A stretch of DNA of 64,000 bases, taken from assembly GCA_965221695.1 (NCBI GenBank), contig OZ244905.1:3232001-3296000 (forward strand). The letters are read 5' to 3'. How positions within the stretch are numbered: the first letter of the stretch is position 1; every line of letters begins with the position of its first letter. The notes beneath the pieces were generated by a model, which was not told the origin of the DNA, made no database searches, and was given only the letters and a program-made list of their open reading frames with translations. Made by a program: the position numbers and the translations under genes. This DNA comes from Gammaproteobacteria bacterium (GTDB lineage Bacteria > Pseudomonadota > Gammaproteobacteria > Eutrophobiales > Eutrophobiaceae). Shown one piece after another: positions 37,191 to 46,856 of the stretch.

Positions 37191-38618
37191 GTGAAGCCGG
37201 CGCGCCAACTGAAGAAGGAACTCACCCTTAAAGAGGTGTTCACCCTCATCTTCGGTAATATTATCGGGGTGGGGTGGATCATAATCGGCGCCACCTGGAT
37301 TATTGAAGGAGGCACGTTGGGCGCAATGATCGCGTTCCTGATTGCTGCAGTGGCCTTGCTGCCGGTGGCGCTTTGCTATGCGGAATTGGGCGCTATGTAC
37401 CCTCTGTCCGGCGGCGAAGCCGTATATGCATACGAAGCCTTTGGCTCGCGCCTTGCATTTGCCGGCGGATGGTTTCTTGCCTTCGGTTTTGTAGCGATTG
37501 CCCTGTTCGAGTCTGTCGCAATCGGCTGGCTGGTTACTACCCTGTTACCTGTATTGAAAGGTCCGGTCGCGTATTCAGTACTGGGTTATCCAGTCACATG
37601 GGGCGCGCTTGCCATCTCTGTGGCCGGGATTATCCTGATCACCACGGTCAACTACCTGGGCGGCGCAGTTACCGGTCGGTTCCAGGACCAGATGACATGG
37701 TTGTTGCTGTTGTTCTGCGTTGCTTTTGTCATTGGCGGTATTGCCATGGGAGATGCCGCAAACCTGCAGCCTTTGTTCCGGGAAGCGGATAAAGGTGGGG
37801 CGCTTAAAGGTTTCTTCCTCGTGCTGATCACCACGCCTGCGTGGTATTCCGGCTTTAATACCATGCCGCAGGCCGTGGGTGAGGTCGCCGAACTGAAAAA
37901 CCCGGTCATGTTGGCAAAGATCGTAGCTGCGACGTTCCTCGCCGGTGGGGTGTTTTATGCCAGCGTTATCCTGGCAACCTCAATTGCCGCGCCTGTTGAG
38001 GTCCTGGCAGAAGCGGATATGGGTGTCGCCAGCGCTATGGAATATGCATTTGCTTCTGCCTGGATGGGAAAAATCGTGTTGCTTGCTGGATTGCTGGGAC
38101 TGCTGACCACCTGGAATGCCGTATTTTTTTGTGCAAGTCGGGTCTTGTTTGCGTTGGGCAGAGCACAGCTCATCTATCCGGCGCTGGCCGCGGTGCATCC
38201 CCGTTTCGGGTCGCCACATACTGCTGTGCTGGTTGTGGGCATTCTCTGTATAGTGGGTTGCCTGTCCGGTAGGCCGGCGCTGGTGAATGTCATAAACAGC
38301 GCCGGGCTTGGCTTCAGCCTGGTGTACCTGCTTGCCTGTTGCGTCTTCCTGCGTCTCAGACAGCGTTATCCTGAAATGAAACGGCCATACCGGATGCCCG
38401 GTTATCCATGGCTTGTAATCGCCGCAATATTTACCTGCAGTTTCATGATTGCTTCAGCGATCTATTTTACTTGGATCGAAAGGCGAACCCTGGTCCCGGT
38501 GGAGTGGCTGCTTGTATTGTTCTGGACCATACTCGGTATATTTGCCTGGCGGGGATCGGAAAAAATACGCAATAAGATCAGTGAAATGGAACGGCGCGAA
38601 CTGATGCACACCCGCTGA
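37191..38618 (+). CDS. APC-family amino acid/polyamine permease
   Basis: GNIIGVG, YAEL...P.SGG and SRVLFALGR...HPRFGSP; start set at GTG 37191. Confidence 0.92.
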   Translation: MKPARQLKKELTLKEVFTLIFGNIIGVGWIIIGATWIIEGGTLGAMIAFLIAAVALLPVALCYAELGAMYPLSGGEAVYAYEAFGSRLAFAGGWFLAFGFVAIALFESVAIGWLVTTLLPVLKGPVAYSVLGYPVTWGALAISVAGIILITTVNYLGGAVTGRFQDQMTWLLLLFCVAFVIGGIAMGDAANLQPLFREADKGGALKGFFLVLITTPAWYSGFNTMPQAVGEVAELKNPVMLAKIVAATFLAGGVFYASVILATSIAAPVEVLAEADMGVASAMEYAFASAWMGKIVLLAGLLGLLTTWNAVFFCASRVLFALGRAQLIYPALAAVHPRFGSPHTAVLVVGILCIVGCLSGRPALVNVINSAGLGFSLVYLLACCVFLRLRQRYPEMKRPYRMPGYPWLVIAAIFTCSFMIASAIYFTWIERRTLVPVEWLLVLFWTILGIFAWRGSEKIRNKISEMERRELMHTR

Positions 38619-38656
38619 GCTATGGCAAAATTAAGTTGAAACAGTACTAGCCCCAG

Positions 38657-39943
38657 ATGAAAATACAATCCCTGTACAGGTGGTATGTGCTGGCGATTCT
38701 AGTTCTTGTCTATACAACCAATATCGCGGACCGTTTTATTCTCAGCATTTTAATCGAACCCATACGCGCAGAATTCGGCGTATCCGATACGGCGCTGGGA
38801 TTGCTCGGCGGCTTTGCTTTTGTCGTATTTTATACCCTGATGGGCCTGCCTATTGCGCGCCTGGCTGACCGGGGCAATCGACGTAACATTATTGCCCTGT
38901 CTGTAGGCATTTATTCCATAATGACCGCGCTTTGCGGCGCCGCACAAGGGTTTTTCCACCTGTTACTGGCTCGCATTGGTGTGGGTGTGGGAGAAGCGGG
39001 AAGTTCACCGCCATCACACTCGCTGGTAGCAGACCTGTTTCACATCTCTGAGCGTACGTTTGCTCTGGCTGTCCTGAGTCTCGGCGCGAGCATAGGGTTA
39101 ACACTCGGGTTTTCTGGTGGCGGTTGGATTGCCGAGCATTATGGCTGGCGGTCTGCTTTTTTTGCCATGGCCATACCCGGAATGATTGTGGCTGTACTGG
39201 TGCGTCTGACCGTCAGTGAACCTGAACGGCGCATCGGCGAGACCGGAGTGGGAGAGGAGGCAAAGGGTTACAATATGCCGGGTTTGGCCGATACGTTGAA
39301 GTTCATTGCTTCGCAAAAAGCTTATGTGCATGTTGTGTTTGGCGGTGCATTGCTGAACGCGTACTTGATGGGCATGACCATATTTCTCCCGGCCGTGCTT
39401 GTGCGTTCCCATGGATTCAGTGTAAGTGAGGCTGGTCACATACTCGGGTGGGTTCTGGGAATATCCGGCTCACTGGGCTTGATTGTGGGTGGTTACCTAA
39501 CGGATTATCTCGGCAGGCGGGACTTTCGCTGGCATCCTTGGCTGACTGCCTGGGTAACTATAATTACCCTGCCGGGTTCCGTTGGCCTGCTGCTGCTGAA
39601 CAAAGGCATTTTATTCTATGTTTGTGTTGTCATGTTTGGCATAGCCAACTCAATGTTTCTGGGTCCGTTATTTGCAATGGCACAAAACCTGGTAGCTCCA
39701 AGGATGCGGGCCCTGGCCGCAGCGCTGTTGCTGTTTATCATAAATATCATCGGCGCCGGGCTCGGCCCGCAAATTGTCGGAATCTTCAGTGACCTGTTGC
39801 GGGCATTTTCCGCACTTGGTGAAGACTCCCTGCGCTATGCATTATTACTTGGCATTGTGGTAACCGGACCCTGGAGCGTGTATCATTATTTTCGCGGCGC
39901 CCGCACCATTCAAGAGGATTACGCGCGCGCGGCGGGAACATGA
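38657..39943 (+). CDS. MFS transporter, spinster family
   Basis: NIADRFILSIL.EPI, ARLADRGNRR and RIGVGVGEAG.SPPSHS. Confidence 0.88.
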   Translation: MKIQSLYRWYVLAILVLVYTTNIADRFILSILIEPIRAEFGVSDTALGLLGGFAFVVFYTLMGLPIARLADRGNRRNIIALSVGIYSIMTALCGAAQGFFHLLLARIGVGVGEAGSSPPSHSLVADLFHISERTFALAVLSLGASIGLTLGFSGGGWIAEHYGWRSAFFAMAIPGMIVAVLVRLTVSEPERRIGETGVGEEAKGYNMPGLADTLKFIASQKAYVHVVFGGALLNAYLMGMTIFLPAVLVRSHGFSVSEAGHILGWVLGISGSLGLIVGGYLTDYLGRRDFRWHPWLTAWVTIITLPGSVGLLLLNKGILFYVCVVMFGIANSMFLGPLFAMAQNLVAPRMRALAAALLLFIINIIGAGLGPQIVGIFSDLLRAFSALGEDSLRYALLLGIVVTGPWSVYHYFRGARTIQEDYARAAGT

Positions 39944-39956
39944 TGGCGGAGAAATT

Positions 39957-40460
39957 ATGATTCTTGGCTTTGCGCACCCTGCGCTTGTTGTGCCCGATCT
40001 GGAACGCGCGCGAGAGTTTTACGAAAAGATGTTCGGTTTTCGCGTGATTGGCGAGGAAGGATGGGAGCCCGGTTCCGTATCGGAAAAAGTGACCGGCGCG
40101 CCGGGTTCTGCGTGCACAGGTTATTATCTGGCCGGACACAACTGTTTCCTGGAACTGTTTCAATTTACCGCGCCGGAACAGACATCCCCTGCTCCCGGCA
40201 GTCTCCTGGCTCACGAGCCGGGCATCCGCCACCTGTCATTTTATGTTGACGACATCAGGCTGGAATACCGGCGGCTGCTGAAACTTGGCGGGCAGAAACT
40301 GGGTGAATTACCGGAAGATGCCGACGGCCCGACTGCCGTGTACTGCCGCGACCCGTTCGGGAATATCGTTGAACTATGCGAAATCCCCTGTCCAGAGGAA
40401 GAACCCACAAGTTTGCCTGGAATAATCAAAGCGGGTGATTTCACCGGCGAAGAGAGTTAG
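39957..40460 (+). CDS. VOC/glyoxalase family protein
   Basis: HPALVVPDLERAREFY, LELF, GIRHLSF and RDPFGNIVEL. Confidence 0.88.
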   Translation: MILGFAHPALVVPDLERAREFYEKMFGFRVIGEEGWEPGSVSEKVTGAPGSACTGYYLAGHNCFLELFQFTAPEQTSPAPGSLLAHEPGIRHLSFYVDDIRLEYRRLLKLGGQKLGELPEDADGPTAVYCRDPFGNIVELCEIPCPEEEPTSLPGIIKAGDFTGEES

Positions 40461-40518
40461 GGGAACTCTGAACAAGTCCATCTGGGACTAGTCAGAGCAC
40501 GTAAAACAAAAATGTGAT
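40458..40518 (+). repeat. 5' half copy of the MITE-like element (hairpin 1 and half of hairpin 2)
   Basis: TAGGGGAACTCTGAACAAGTCCATCTGGGACTAGTCAGAGCACGTAAAACAAAAATGTGAT. Confidence 0.8.
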
Positions 40519-42310
40519 GGCCTTTCGTATGACATTTTACCGAGGTTTATGGTTTCCCCTGTTACTCATGTTTAGCGTGGCGGGAGCAGGTGACAAGTAC
40601 GATGTGACGCGTGTTGTCCCACCGTATCTTGCCGAACATCGATCATATTTCAAGACCGAAACGGTACAGGCAGGCCCTTATCCCGTCTGGCTGATCAGTA
40701 ATGCCGCCAACCAGATGTCCAATGCCGTATTGGTGGAAGGGGATAAGGAACTGGTGGTATTCGATACCGGTTCAAGCCACCGGCATGGCGCTGCCATATT
40801 GGCGGAAATCCGGAAAATATCCGACAAGCCCATCAGCGCTCTGGTTTATTCCCACCATCATGGTGACCACTGTACCGGCGCCGCTGCCCTGGTCGACAGA
40901 GAAGATGTAGCCGCAGGAAAGGTAAAAATTATTGCCAGAGCCAATTTCATGCAGGAATATGTGGACGAAGACTTTATGACCGGTCCGATACAGACGCTGC
41001 GTTCCGTCTACCAGTTCGGCAGCGCGCTGGAACAAGCAGACCTGAAAGATTATGTTATCGGTATCAGCGGTGGTGAGTTGCCTTCCGGGCCTGGGGCATT
41101 CATTGAGCCAAACACCTTGCTTGACGAACGCCAAACAATTTCACTGGCCGGCATCGAGTTTGAGTTTATCCCGAGCGGTGGGGAGGCGGCGACTCACATG
41201 ATTGCATGGTTGCCGGAGTGGAAGATCGTTCTGAGTGGTGATGAAATATATCCGGCTTTGCCTAACCTGCACGCCCTGCGTGGGACAAAATTTCGTGATG
41301 CCCGTAACTGGATGAATGCAATCGACTTGATACGGGCGCTGCAGCCGGATTACCTAGCGCCGTCACACGGGCCGTTGCTGGGCGGGGAAGAAAAAATCCT
41401 AAGGATACTCACCGTGTACCGCGATGCCTTACAGTATCAACATGACCAGGCTATTCGTTTTATCAACAAAGGCTATACGGCCGGAGAAGTGGCTGAGAGA
41501 CTGTCCGAATTGCCTGAGAGCTTGCGCCTGGTTCCTTATACCACCGAGATGTACGGCAAACTGCGACACAATATTCCAAACATCTATCATGGTTACGTGG
41601 GTTGGTTCTCCGGCGATGCCGTGGACCTGGCGCGCACCCCGCGCCGGGAACTGGCGCAGAAAATTATTGCGCTCATGGGCGGCCGGGATCGGGTCCTTGC
41701 CGAAGCGGAACGATCATTTATTCGGGGTGATGCACAATTTGCCGCCGAATTGACAACGCTGTTATTGCGGATCAATGCTGACGACGAACCCGTGCGGCAA
41801 CTCAAGGCAGGAGCATTCCGGCAGTTGGGCTATCGGCAGATCAACAGTATCTGGCGTAGCTGGTACCTGACGGCTGCCCTGGAGTTGGAAGGCAAATTCG
41901 ACGTAACTGCAAACTGGCGTGATTTAATGAGCAATGTGCGCGGCGTCGGCAATCTTGCCGGATTGCCGAGCATCAAGGTGCTTGAGTTGTTGCGTTACAG
42001 TGTGGCTGCGGAACATTCGGCCGATTCGGTGGTGACTCTGCGCTGGCAGATTACGGACCGTAATGAATCGCTTTACACACAGATACGGCGCGGCATCATG
42101 GATGTAAGCCGGCAATCGTATAACAAATCCGTTGATGCTCAACTGGATATACGACGAGAGCATCTAGATGCCCTGGTTGCAGGTTCGATCGATATCAATA
42201 CGGCTTTAAGTCAGGATATCATTGGAGTCACCGGTTCCCGACAAAAGGCAAAGGAGTTTTTCAGTTATATTGAATCCCATGATTACGATATATCCATTTC
42301 GGCGCGTTAG
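40517..42310 (+). CDS. Alkyl/aryl sulfatase, SdsA1/BDS1 metallo-beta-lactamase type with SCP2-like C-terminus
   Basis: Signal peptide; YSHHHGDH, PNLHALRG..RD, PSHG and GWFSG motifs. The start is uncertain (40514/40517/40529). Confidence 0.87.
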   Translation: MAFRMTFYRGLWFPLLLMFSVAGAGDKYDVTRVVPPYLAEHRSYFKTETVQAGPYPVWLISNAANQMSNAVLVEGDKELVVFDTGSSHRHGAAILAEIRKISDKPISALVYSHHHGDHCTGAAALVDREDVAAGKVKIIARANFMQEYVDEDFMTGPIQTLRSVYQFGSALEQADLKDYVIGISGGELPSGPGAFIEPNTLLDERQTISLAGIEFEFIPSGGEAATHMIAWLPEWKIVLSGDEIYPALPNLHALRGTKFRDARNWMNAIDLIRALQPDYLAPSHGPLLGGEEKILRILTVYRDALQYQHDQAIRFINKGYTAGEVAERLSELPESLRLVPYTTEMYGKLRHNIPNIYHGYVGWFSGDAVDLARTPRRELAQKIIALMGGRDRVLAEAERSFIRGDAQFAAELTTLLLRINADDEPVRQLKAGAFRQLGYRQINSIWRSWYLTAALELEGKFDVTANWRDLMSNVRGVGNLAGLPSIKVLELLRYSVAAEHSADSVVTLRWQITDRNESLYTQIRRGIMDVSRQSYNKSVDAQLDIRREHLDALVAGSIDINTALSQDIIGVTGSRQKAKEFFSYIESHDYDISISAR

Positions 42311-42330
42311 GACCCCGGGGAGATTGTCTG

Positions 42331-43101
42331 GTGGATCTTGAGCTGCGTAATAGGAAAGCCATCGTCACAGGTGGCAGCAGGGGTATCGGGAAAGAGATTG
42401 CTCGCACACTGGGCGAGGAGGGCGCACAGGTAGCCATCTGTGGCAGGAATGAGAAATCACTTGCGGATACCCTGGGGGAATTCGATGCGGAAGGATTGAA
42501 TATAACAGGTAAACCAGTAGACGTGGGTAGCCGGTCTGATTATATCGCCTGGCTTGAATGGGCGGTAGAGAGTATGGGCGGACTTGATATCTTTGTGCAT
42601 AATGTCACCAGCGGCGTGGAGAGTGGTGAGCTAATAGATTGGGAGTATGCTCACCGTGTTGATATGATGGGCGCGGTTATTGGTTGTGAAACCTTGCAAC
42701 CGGTACTGGAAAATTCTCCTGCAGCATCCATCATCTTTATTTCCAGTGTTTCAGCGCTGGTGATCCGTACAGGCAACAAAGATGAACACGCCTATGGCGC
42801 GGTCAAGGCCGGCTTGATCCAGTATGCCGGGCAATTATCCAGAATGCTGGGACGGAAAGGCATCCGCGTGAATGTGGTATCGCCCGGCGCGATTGATTTT
42901 CCCGGCAGTCCATGGGATCTGGTCAGGCAATCGGATCCGGCCTATCATGCTGCCGTCTCAAAGGCATCTGCCATAGGTCGTATGGGCACGCCGCAAGAGG
43001 TTGCCTGGGCTGTGTCCATGTTGGCAAGCCCCCGGGCCAGCCTTATTACCGGCGCCAACCTGCTTGTTGACGGCGGCTCACATCCGCATGTGGATTTTTA
43101 G
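42331..43101 (+). CDS. SDR family oxidoreductase
   Basis: TGGSRGIG, YGAVK and VSPG motifs. Confidence 0.92.
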   Translation: MDLELRNRKAIVTGGSRGIGKEIARTLGEEGAQVAICGRNEKSLADTLGEFDAEGLNITGKPVDVGSRSDYIAWLEWAVESMGGLDIFVHNVTSGVESGELIDWEYAHRVDMMGAVIGCETLQPVLENSPAASIIFISSVSALVIRTGNKDEHAYGAVKAGLIQYAGQLSRMLGRKGIRVNVVSPGAIDFPGSPWDLVRQSDPAYHAAVSKASAIGRMGTPQEVAWAVSMLASPRASLITGANLLVDGGSHPHVDF

Positions 43102-43133
43102 GAGCCTCTGAGGACTTAATCTGAGCTTCCATA
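43099..43133. repeat. Palindromic core copy of the MITE-like family
   Basis: TAGGAGCCTCTGAGGACTTAATCTGAGCTTCCATA; its TAG is the SDR stop codon. Confidence 0.7.
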
Positions 43134-43163
43134 ACTCTCGCACGCATCCATCCGGATATATAA

Positions 43164-44318
43164 ATGCCGACCGTCACACGCTCTGAATTCGATCGCTGGC
43201 AGATTATTAGCGCCGCTTGTCTGATATCGGCTACCGGCGCTATCTTTTATAATATCCTGCCGATATTCGTCGGCGCTATGCAGGATACTTTTCAACTCGA
43301 TCATGCCCGGACAGGTTTTATCCCCTCAGTTTTCTACACCGGGTTCGGTTTAATTTCAGCCTCGGCCTACTTCTGGATCCGCCGTGTCAACTGGAAGAAA
43401 TTGGCGCTTGCCTGTATCCCCGCTACGTTGCTTTCCTTGTTACTGCTGGTTCAGATTAATTCATATGGTGGGCTGCTGGCCGCGATTCTGCTGGCCGGCA
43501 TAGGTTTTGGAATAATGTACAGTTTGGGATCGACAATAATCGGCGATACTGCGAAACCGGCCCGTTATTTCGGTATGAAGATCGGAGCAGAAGTATTTAT
43601 TGGCGTTATCTTGCTGTTTTCCATACCCTCACTGGTGATGCCTCGCTGGGGCTTCACGGGGACTGTTTATGCGCTTGCCGGTTGTGTTCTTGCGTTGGGT
43701 CTCTCCTTTGCATGGATTCCGGAACAAGGCCTGAAAAAACAGATTTCAGATACGTATCATACCGACGCAATGACGTTTTCGGTCGTCCCGGTATGGTATT
43801 CACTGGCCGCGTTATTACTGTTTTTCAGTGGCATGACAGCAATTTGGACGTTTATGGAGCGTATCGCGGTAAATGCCGGCATCAACCCTTCTATAATCGG
43901 AACCATACTGGCGGTTTCTTTGCTGGCTGGCCTCGTCGGCGCGTTTTCTGCGGCGCTGATCAGTGGCCGGTTTGGCAGGTTGAAACCGATAGGCGCAGGT
44001 TTGTTCCTGTGTATTACCTCGGTGTTAATGCTGCTCCCGAAATTGACCGTGGCGACATATGCCATTGCCGTTTGTATTTTCAATAGCGCATTTCCGTTTA
44101 CCATCCCCTTTTTACTGGCGTTGGTCGCAGACTATGATTTCAATGGCCGTTATATTGTGCTGACCGTTCCTGCCATCTCCCTGGGTATTGTATCCGGACC
44201 GGCGATTGCCGGATTGCTGGCGGGCAGTGTGGGTTTTATCGGTTGTGTTGTCTATTCCTGTATTGTCTTCATGTTGACGATGGCGCTTGTGATTATTGCT
44301 TTAAGGAAAGCGTCGTAA
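43164..44318 (+). CDS. MFS transporter
   Basis: 12 hydrophobic segments; related to 45726-46856 (shared GDT.KP.RY and W..MERI). Confidence 0.85.
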   Translation: MPTVTRSEFDRWQIISAACLISATGAIFYNILPIFVGAMQDTFQLDHARTGFIPSVFYTGFGLISASAYFWIRRVNWKKLALACIPATLLSLLLLVQINSYGGLLAAILLAGIGFGIMYSLGSTIIGDTAKPARYFGMKIGAEVFIGVILLFSIPSLVMPRWGFTGTVYALAGCVLALGLSFAWIPEQGLKKQISDTYHTDAMTFSVVPVWYSLAALLLFFSGMTAIWTFMERIAVNAGINPSIIGTILAVSLLAGLVGAFSAALISGRFGRLKPIGAGLFLCITSVLMLLPKLTVATYAIAVCIFNSAFPFTIPFLLALVADYDFNGRYIVLTVPAISLGIVSGPAIAGLLAGSVGFIGCVVYSCIVFMLTMALVIIALRKAS

Positions 44319-44375
44319 TGTGAAAACAACACTCAACTCCTGTATTATAGTCAGAGCGCTGTGCGGGGATTTGCT

Positions 44376-45692
44376 ATGAGTGATTGTTATAAGATGCCGG
44401 AACAAGGGATGTCTCATGCTGAGGCGCTATCCCGTGTTCGCGAGTTGCGTTCCGGGATGACAGAAGATCAGTCCGGTAAGCTGGCAGCGACCACTTTCCA
44501 AGGTCATGCCGATATGCAACAAGTGACGCACGACGCATTTGTGGAATTCATGGATTGGAACGGATTGTTTACGTTTCGCGAGCCGGCTGCAGCCCGGTTG
44601 GAAAACGACGTCCTGGACATATGCATGGAATTCATGAATGGTGGTCCCGGGGCGCGAGCCAACCTGACGACCGGTGGAACAGAAAGTAACTTCTGCGCTT
44701 TGCATGCCATGCGCAAGTGGGCGCGCAAAAACAAGCCTGATATCGTAAAACCTGAAATTGTAGCGCCGTACTCGACTCATGCCACTATCCACAAGACAGC
44801 AAGGTACCTGGACTTGAAAGTGGTTACTGTTCCGCAACTGCCGGATCTCAGCGCCGATGTGGACGCTATCCGCGCTGCCGTGGGCCCAAATTCCATTGGC
44901 ATTGTCGGTTCAGCGCCCAACTGGCCTTACGGAAAGGTTGATCCGATCGAGGAATTAGGAGAGATTGCCCGGGACCAAGACCTTTGGTTACATGTTGATG
45001 CATGTGTCGGCGGCTATATACTTCCGTTCTTCCGGGAACTGGGTGAAGCGGCGCCCTTGTATGATTTCCGCGTGCCCGCTGTGCGTTCTATCTCAGCGGA
45101 CCTGCACAAATACGCTTATGCGCCTAAACCCTTGTCTTCCATCCACTGGCGTTCCCGAGAAGAACAATCTTTTCATTATATGCCGGTTGCCGAATGGCCT
45201 TGCGGTATGTACCTGTCACAGAGTTTTGTCGGCAGCCGTACTCTTGGTCCGGTCGCGGGTATCTGGGCTCTTATGCACTACTGGGGCAGGTCCGGTTATC
45301 GGGAGAATGCCAGGCGGATACTTGGAATTAAACAGGCAATAGTAGACAGGTGTGACACTATCGAAGGAATTTATACCTGGCAGACGGATGGACCATTACT
45401 TATGATCGCTTCCGATGAATTCGATATCCGTTTACTTACGGGCGCTATGGAACAACGCCAGTGGTATTTCCTCGGCGTTCAGGACCCACCTGCAATTCAT
45501 CTGACCCTTGATGTGCTGACGGATGAGTCGCTGAGGAAACTATTGCGGGATCTCGAAGAAGCAACAGTTGATATCCGTTCGGGGAAGATTACCGAAGAAG
45601 GATTGTTGACCTATGCAGGAGTCGGCGCGCGAGAAACAGCGCCCAAGTGGCTGTTAAGCGCGCTAGAAATTATGGAACAGAACTCTTCCTGA
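44376..45692 (+). CDS. PLP-dependent group II enzyme, sphingosine-1-phosphate-lyase-like
   Basis: TTGGTES, GSAPNWPYG.VDPI, LHVDACVGG, SISADLHKYAYAPK and GSR motifs. Confidence 0.8.
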   Translation: MSDCYKMPEQGMSHAEALSRVRELRSGMTEDQSGKLAATTFQGHADMQQVTHDAFVEFMDWNGLFTFREPAAARLENDVLDICMEFMNGGPGARANLTTGGTESNFCALHAMRKWARKNKPDIVKPEIVAPYSTHATIHKTARYLDLKVVTVPQLPDLSADVDAIRAAVGPNSIGIVGSAPNWPYGKVDPIEELGEIARDQDLWLHVDACVGGYILPFFRELGEAAPLYDFRVPAVRSISADLHKYAYAPKPLSSIHWRSREEQSFHYMPVAEWPCGMYLSQSFVGSRTLGPVAGIWALMHYWGRSGYRENARRILGIKQAIVDRCDTIEGIYTWQTDGPLLMIASDEFDIRLLTGAMEQRQWYFLGVQDPPAIHLTLDVLTDESLRKLLRDLEEATVDIRSGKITEEGLLTYAGVGARETAPKWLLSALEIMEQNSS

Positions 45693-45725
45693 ACCATACT
45701 GTTTCGAGAGTTCGGTATCTGAGGC

Positions 45726-46856
45726 TTACCGAGTTCTATCGAGACGCATTGCCAGCGGCACAATAAGCGCCAGGGTTATCAGCAGGAATAGGGAGCCGGC
45801 CCAGCTTACCGCCGCATAGCTTCCCGGAACCAGAAATTGCGCTGTGACTGATGGGCCCAGAGACATTCCTCCCAGTTTGAAGGCAATACTGAGGATATAA
45901 AGACGGCCGGTCGGATCCAGTTCCACACAGATCAACAACAAGTACGGAACGACAAAAATATAGCTGAACTGCGTCAAGCAGACTGCTGCTACAAAGAGAC
46001 TCGCTCCCTCTCCAAGTAACATGATCATGGCGATAATGAATAGGACGCAACCTGCAACCACAGGCAGCACGCGACCATATCGGGTACTCAAAACGGATGC
46101 CAGCAAGGCTCCGATAACGCTGCAAACCTGTGTGGCTGCCAGCGCAAGGCCGATAAATTCGGGAGTAAACCCAGCATGATTACCGATCCTTTCCATGTAG
46201 GCCCACAGTCCTCCTTCAGCAGCCATGTAAAACATAAAGGCGATCATGGCGATGAACAGGGGTACGACTGAAATGGAGTGAGCTGCATCCGGTTGTGGCA
46301 GAGCGACTGCGCTCTTTGGAAACCAGAACACGACAGGAAGAACGGCGCAGGCGACCAGCGCGTTAGTAATAAAAATTGCGGTTAATCCGTATACTTGAAT
46401 CAGACCCGGCAGGAGCAGAAAGAACGCGATAGAAATCAATACTGTCATACCGATGCCAAAAGCGTAATAGCGATCCGGTTTTGAAGTATCGCCGATGGAT
46501 ACCATCGCCAGGGAATAAATAATGCCCTGACCGAATTCGGTGATGAAACGCAGCAGGCAGAGATACGCAAATGATTCGACTTGGATGCTGATAACGTTGG
46601 ACAGGACGATAATAGCGATCCCGGCTATTGCCAGCGGCCGCCAGGCCCAGTAGCGGATCCAGGCCGTACAGATCACCGCGGCAACCGCGATACCTGCAAG
46701 GTCAGCGCTGGCCAGAAAACCGGCCTGTTTCTGGGTCAAACCGAGAGTATCGGCCCCGGCGCCGACTAACAATGGGAGTAATGACATGCCCACGGGCGCC
46801 AGCATGTACATCATTACACAGGCAAACAACGCCCGTGGATCGTTGATTTTAGTCAT
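45726..46856 (-). CDS. MFS transporter
   Basis: 12 TM helices; same subfamily as 43164-44318. Confidence 0.85.
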   Translation of the reverse strand: MTKINDPRALFACVMMYMLAPVGMSLLPLLVGAGADTLGLTQKQAGFLASADLAGIAVAAVICTAWIRYWAWRPLAIAGIAIIVLSNVISIQVESFAYLCLLRFITEFGQGIIYSLAMVSIGDTSKPDRYYAFGIGMTVLISIAFFLLLPGLIQVYGLTAIFITNALVACAVLPVVFWFPKSAVALPQPDAAHSISVVPLFIAMIAFMFYMAAEGGLWAYMERIGNHAGFTPEFIGLALAATQVCSVIGALLASVLSTRYGRVLPVVAGCVLFIIAMIMLLGEGASLFVAAVCLTQFSYIFVVPYLLLICVELDPTGRLYILSIAFKLGGMSLGPSVTAQFLVPGSYAAVSWAGSLFLLITLALIVPLAMRLDRTR

